Assembly (NCBI GenBank): GCA_937139335.1
Contig: CAKZPN010000006.1
Span: 59,959 to 123,958, forward strand
Length of the DNA stretch: 64,000 bases
Direction: 5' to 3'
From: an uncultured Roseicyclus sp.
GTDB lineage: Bacteria; Pseudomonadota; Alphaproteobacteria; Rhodobacterales; Rhodobacteraceae
Shown: piece after piece, positions 62,781 through 64,000 of the stretch
Position numbering within the stretch: position 1 is the stretch's first letter
Layout: each line of letters begins with the position of its first letter
Notes under the pieces: generated by a model
The model's input: the letters and a program-made list of their open reading frames with translations, nothing else
What the model was told of the DNA's origin: nothing
Database searches by the model: none
Translations under genes and position numbers: made by a program

Positions 62781-64000
62781 ATGACCAGCACGATCTTGCG
62801 GATGGGGCGCGGCGCCGTTGCGGCCTTGGCCCTGGTGGCGCTTCTGCCCGGCATGGCGGCGGGCGACAGCCTGCGCGAGGCGATGGCGGACGCCTACCGC
62901 AATTCCCAGCTTCTCGAGCAGAACCGCTACCTGCTGCGGATCGAGGACGAGGGCGTGAATCAGGCGTTCGCCGCGCTGTTGCCGACGGTGAATTTCGTCG
63001 CCTCCACCTCGCGCGATCTGGTGAACGACACCAGTACCACGACCTTCCGGCTGCTGGGCGAGATGGCGATCTACCAGGGCGGCTCGCGCATCGCCGCGCG
63101 GCAGGGCGCGCAGGAGGCGGTGAACGCCGCGCGCCAGCAGCTGATCTCGCTGGAACAGCAGGTGCTGCTCGACGCCGTGACCGCCTATCTGGAGGTCTGG
63201 GAGGCGGTCCAGATCATCGGTGTGCGCGAGCGCAACGTGCGCGTGCTGACCGAACAGCTGCGCGCCGCGCGGGACCGGTTCGAGGTGGGTGAGGATACGC
63301 GCACCGACGTGGCGCAGGCCGAATCGCAGCTTGCAACCGCGCGCTCGGCGCTGGCCGCGGCGCAGGGCACGCTGGAGATTGCGCGCGAACTGTTCAACCT
63401 GGCCGTCGGGCGCTACCCGAATGGCGTTGCCGGCCCCGGCGGGTTGCCGAACCTGCCCCGCTCCGAGGACGAGGCGCAGCGCCTCGCCCGTCAGGTGCAC
63501 CCCGCGGTTCTGGCGCGCCAGTTCGAGGTCGCAGCGGCGGAGTTCGGGGTGCAGGAGGCGCGCGGCGCCTCGCGCCCGGCGCTGTCGCTCGACCTGACGG
63601 TGGGCGAAACCATGCAGGCGCCGAACCCCGCGCAGGAAGGCGACAGCGCCTCCATCGCGCTGACGCTGACCCAGCCGATCTATCGCGGCGGGCAGCTTGC
63701 CTCGCTGGAGCGTCAGGCGTTGGCGCAGGTGCAGGCGGTGCGGTTCGGGCTGAACCAGCAGGTGCTGCTGAACCTTCAGGCGGTGGGCAACGCCTACGCT
63801 CGGCTGCGGATCGCAACCGCGCAGATCCAGGCCTCGGATCAGCGCATCCGGGCGGCGCAGCTTGCCTTCGAGGGCGTCCGCGAAGAGGCGTCGCTGGGCG
63901 CGCGGACGACGCTCGATGTGCTCGACGCCGAACAGGACCTGCTCGAGGCGCGGATCAGCCGGATCGAGGCGCAGAGCGATCTATACGCCGCGGCCTATGC
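62781..64000 (+). CDS. tolC: TolC family outer membrane protein (3' end outside window)
   Basis: Not in the ORF track because it has no stop in the window. My translation from the ATG at 62781 gives a signal peptide, then ...LREAMADAYRNSQLL..., RFEVGEDTRTDVAQAESQLATARSAL... and LDVLDAEQDLLEAR repeats typical of TolC. It follows pcm, as is common in alphaproteobacteria. Confidence 0.85.
   Translation, partial: MTSTILRMGRGAVAALALVALLPGMAAGDSLREAMADAYRNSQLLEQNRYLLRIEDEGVNQAFAALLPTVNFVASTSRDLVNDTSTTTFRLLGEMAIYQGGSRIAARQGAQEAVNAARQQLISLEQQVLLDAVTAYLEVWEAVQIIGVRERNVRVLTEQLRAARDRFEVGEDTRTDVAQAESQLATARSALAAAQGTLEIARELFNLAVGRYPNGVAGPGGLPNLPRSEDEAQRLARQVHPAVLARQFEVAAAEFGVQEARGASRPALSLDLTVGETMQAPNPAQEGDSASIALTLTQPIYRGGQLASLERQALAQVQAVRFGLNQQVLLNLQAVGNAYARLRIATAQIQASDQRIRAAQLAFEGVREEASLGARTTLDVLDAEQDLLEARISRIEAQSDLYAAAY

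Overview
High-GC (about 65%) DNA, probably alphaproteobacterial and Rhodobacteraceae-like (inferred from gene content only). It is almost fully coding: I support about 60 CDS, two gene remnants and one tRNA. I found no transposase, integrase, phage gene, CRISPR array or rRNA.

Layout:
- 0-36 kb: a patchwork of small regulator-plus-oxidoreductase modules. These include a DUF1330/SDR cassette, a TTT transporter with a fused TctA-TctB permease, an ATP-grasp-like/GT25 gene pair, dgdR-dgdA (2,2-dialkylglycine decarboxylase), an internally deleted prolyl oligopeptidase behind a TetR gene, a class A beta-lactamase carrying Arg234 next to a divergent LysR gene, and a LysR/azoreductase pair that has lost both 5' ends.
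- 36.3-52.1 kb: a 16-gene co-directional operon with many overlapping start and stop codons. It encodes a NIPSNAP protein, a CoxMSL-type molybdenum hydroxylase, CoxG, two amidohydrolase_2 enzymes, an alpha/beta hydrolase, UbiX/UbiD, a Rieske protein, a 116-aa orphan, TctCBA and a ThDP enzyme, with a divergent MocR regulator. I cannot assign it to any characterised pathway, so it is the best candidate for an undescribed catabolic system.
- 52.1-61.6 kb: a GntR-controlled ThDP-enzyme/aldehyde-dehydrogenase module, a MarR gene, two convergent TauE/SafE permeases and a NitT/TauT-type ABC importer.
- 61.8-64 kb: tRNA-Cys(GCA), followed by the pcm and tolC housekeeping genes.

The window holds 14 intact transcription factors plus one remnant. 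Several clear palindromic operator candidates sit in its few AT-rich gaps. All functional calls rest on motif and family recognition by eye; no database search was run.
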